Positions 62,183 to 64,000 of a stretch of 64,000 nt of DNA are shown piece by piece. The notes beneath the pieces were generated by a model that saw only the letters and a program-made list of their open reading frames with translations, searched no databases and was not told the origin of the DNA. The position numbers and the translations under genes are program-made. Source of the stretch: Prevotella sp. (GTDB lineage Bacteria > Bacteroidota > Bacteroidia > Bacteroidales > Bacteroidaceae); assembly GCA_017561825.1 (NCBI GenBank), contig JAFZBK010000042.1:10524-74523 (forward strand), given 5' to 3'. Numbering within the stretch: position 1 is the stretch's first letter; the number at the start of each line of letters is the position of its first letter.

Positions 62183-63417
62183 ATAGTAGTTATTTGATTG
62201 ATAAGCGATTCCATGGTCTTACGACTCACTGTTGATTCCTCCTCTTCCTCCAAACGACGCATGGTGTCCACCAGCTTTGAAATATCCTGCTCCTCCATAC
62301 CTGTTTGAGCAGCAATGACAGCGAAACTGCGCAGATCCTCACTCCTGTCGGTGAGATCCACATGCAGCACCCTCCTCATCTCCTCGGAGAAATACGCATA
62401 TTTCTTCAGTACCAGGTCACGGTAGTCACGTTTCTGATAATAGAGCGTACCGATGAGTCTCACAAACTCCAAGTTCCTGTTCTTGGGCTTCTCCACCTCA
62501 GGGATGATACGCTGACGACGTTTTGCGGTGAAGATCATGAATACCAATACCGTCAGGAACGCCAATATCACTGCCCACCGCAAGGGCGGTTGGGAGAGGA
62601 AGTAACGCAGGGGCGACTGCTCTTTCTGGGCCGTTGCTGGTGTATAGGCTTCCGTTCTCACGATAGGCAGATCACCTATCTGCGAGAGGATGCGGAAGAT
62701 ATACTCGTGGTTAGGCTTGTCAAGGATGCCATAGTTCGTGAAGAGCAGTGGCGTGGTGGCCACAATCACCACTCCTTTGCCAACAGGGAAGGACACTACC
62801 GTATGGGAAGGGGCATCCATGAGGGGAATACCTGTCGAATCCCCTCGATGATAGATCGTTGCCAACTCTTTGAAGCGGATGGAATCACCCCGTTTCCTGA
62901 TCTGGTATTGTATCATCTGTGGATAGAAATAGTAGTGACGACGCGGATAAACCGAGTCGGCTAACCATTCTACCGTATCACGAGCAAATCCTTTCATCAC
63001 ATAGTCACGAAGTGACAATGACTGATAGGAATGAGTATAATTGAACTGTAGCGTATCGTCCAGGATGCCATTACCGTAGCCACCGCAAACCAGCAAGATC
63101 TTATTCCCTTTCTCAGCAAGCGAAAGCAGCTCTTCCGTATCAACCTTACCCAACGACCCCATACTCTCTGCTACCACCATGATACATCGTTTCCGCTTGT
63201 CACCCTTCATCTGATAGAACGTCTGGTTCGTCACCTCATAGTCTTGTGACAGCGAGGCCGACAAGATACTATCGAAGACATAGCAGCCAAAGGGTTGCTT
63301 GTCGGTATGACTGAAGGTGGGAACCCACTGGAATTTCCTGGGCATGCGGTATTCGGCCACGAAGACGAGGGCGAGGAAGACCACGACGAACAGGATGAAC
63401 CATCGGTTGAACTTCAT
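62131..63417 (-). CDS. DUF4350-like membrane protein
   Basis: DKQPFGCYVF, PLLFTNYG, KRRQRIIP, EFVRLIGTLYY; upstream of MoxR. Confidence 0.75.
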   Translation of the reverse strand: MKFNRWFILFVVVFLALVFVAEYRMPRKFQWVPTFSHTDKQPFGCYVFDSILSASLSQDYEVTNQTFYQMKGDKRKRCIMVVAESMGSLGKVDTEELLSLAEKGNKILLVCGGYGNGILDDTLQFNYTHSYQSLSLRDYVMKGFARDTVEWLADSVYPRRHYYFYPQMIQYQIRKRGDSIRFKELATIYHRGDSTGIPLMDAPSHTVVSFPVGKGVVIVATTPLLFTNYGILDKPNHEYIFRILSQIGDLPIVRTEAYTPATAQKEQSPLRYFLSQPPLRWAVILAFLTVLVFMIFTAKRRQRIIPEVEKPKNRNLEFVRLIGTLYYQKRDYRDLVLKKYAYFSEEMRRVLHVDLTDRSEDLRSFAVIAAQTGMEEQDISKLVDTMRRLEEEEESTVSRKTMESLINQITTIWKRTNQEPTSPSSQRR

Positions 63418-64000
63418 GCCTCACCTCCTTCCTCCGTTGTGACGGATGGCACGACGATCTTCTGTTTCAGCGTCTCCTGCAGACGGTTCATCTCGTTGAA
63501 CAGCGAGGCATCAGCCTCAAAATGCCCGTAGCGCACACGCAGGAAATGATTGGTCAGCTCGCGGAAAGCCGACTCACGACATTCATACACATACTGTGTA
63601 GGGGTCTTATACAGCTGCCAGTCGATCTGGTGCGTATCACTCAGGTAACGCAAGGTCTGCAGATACACCCATCGCACCGCACCGGGGTAATCACCACGAC
63701 TGACAGCGCGCTTGATCTCTGCTTCGAAGTCAATGCCATAGATGGTTTCGCCCTCTTCCTCCTCCGCAAAACGGTTCTTCTTGTTCTTGAAGAACAGCTC
63801 AGGACGATACTTATATAGGAACCATAGGATGAGTCCCAGCAACGCCAGTCCTGCCATGATGACCAGCGGGAGCGTGAGATGATGACCAGTCACCTCACCG
63901 AAGATGCGCCCCAGAAACTCTTCCAGTTTCTGCATCACCCAATCCCACAGGCTCACCTGCGGCGTCACCAGCTCACGATTGTAGTCGTAAGCCCCGTTGT
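63414..64000 (-). CDS. DUF4129-like membrane protein, 5' part outside the window
   Basis: AVRWVYLQTL..KTPTQY..FRELTNHFLRVRYG; the frame appears open to the window edge. Confidence 0.7.
   Translation of the reverse strand, partial: NGAYDYNRELVTPQVSLWDWVMQKLEEFLGRIFGEVTGHHLTLPLVIMAGLALLGLILWFLYKYRPELFFKNKKNRFAEEEEGETIYGIDFEAEIKRAVSRGDYPGAVRWVYLQTLRYLSDTHQIDWQLYKTPTQYVYECRESAFRELTNHFLRVRYGHFEADASLFNEMNRLQETLKQKIVVPSVTTEEGGEA

Overview
Chromosomal window from a Bacteroidales bacterium, most likely Prevotella-like. This is judged from TAnnTTTG sigma-A promoters, gene content and T9SS-type C-terminal tails. It is mostly housekeeping: comF 3' end, murQ, pyrE, argH, comM/yifB, metG, glyQS, parC, asd, asnS, rluB-like, purB, paaK, mutL, surA-like, guaB, a MoxR/DUF58 cluster and six tRNAs. 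Interspersed are secreted or surface genes: a C10 protease, two T9SS cargoes, and a 1318-aa surface lipoprotein with an OmpA partner. I found no transposase, integrase, CRISPR array or prophage. The most striking signal is non-coding. A family of ~73-100 bp structured elements occurs at six loci, one of them a tandem pair. Each is bounded by the -7 promoter box and carries a complete promoter for the downstream gene, which makes it a candidate promoter-targeting miniature mobile element. Other notable items are a diverged duplicate of the comF 3' end bracketing an esterase gene, an AGGU-repeat RNA with a 27-aa hydrophobic sORF, TCAA-core heptamer arrays at stop codons, two 22-bp-period hairpin arrays and a recently homogenised domain duplication. 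All calls were made by eye, without database searches.
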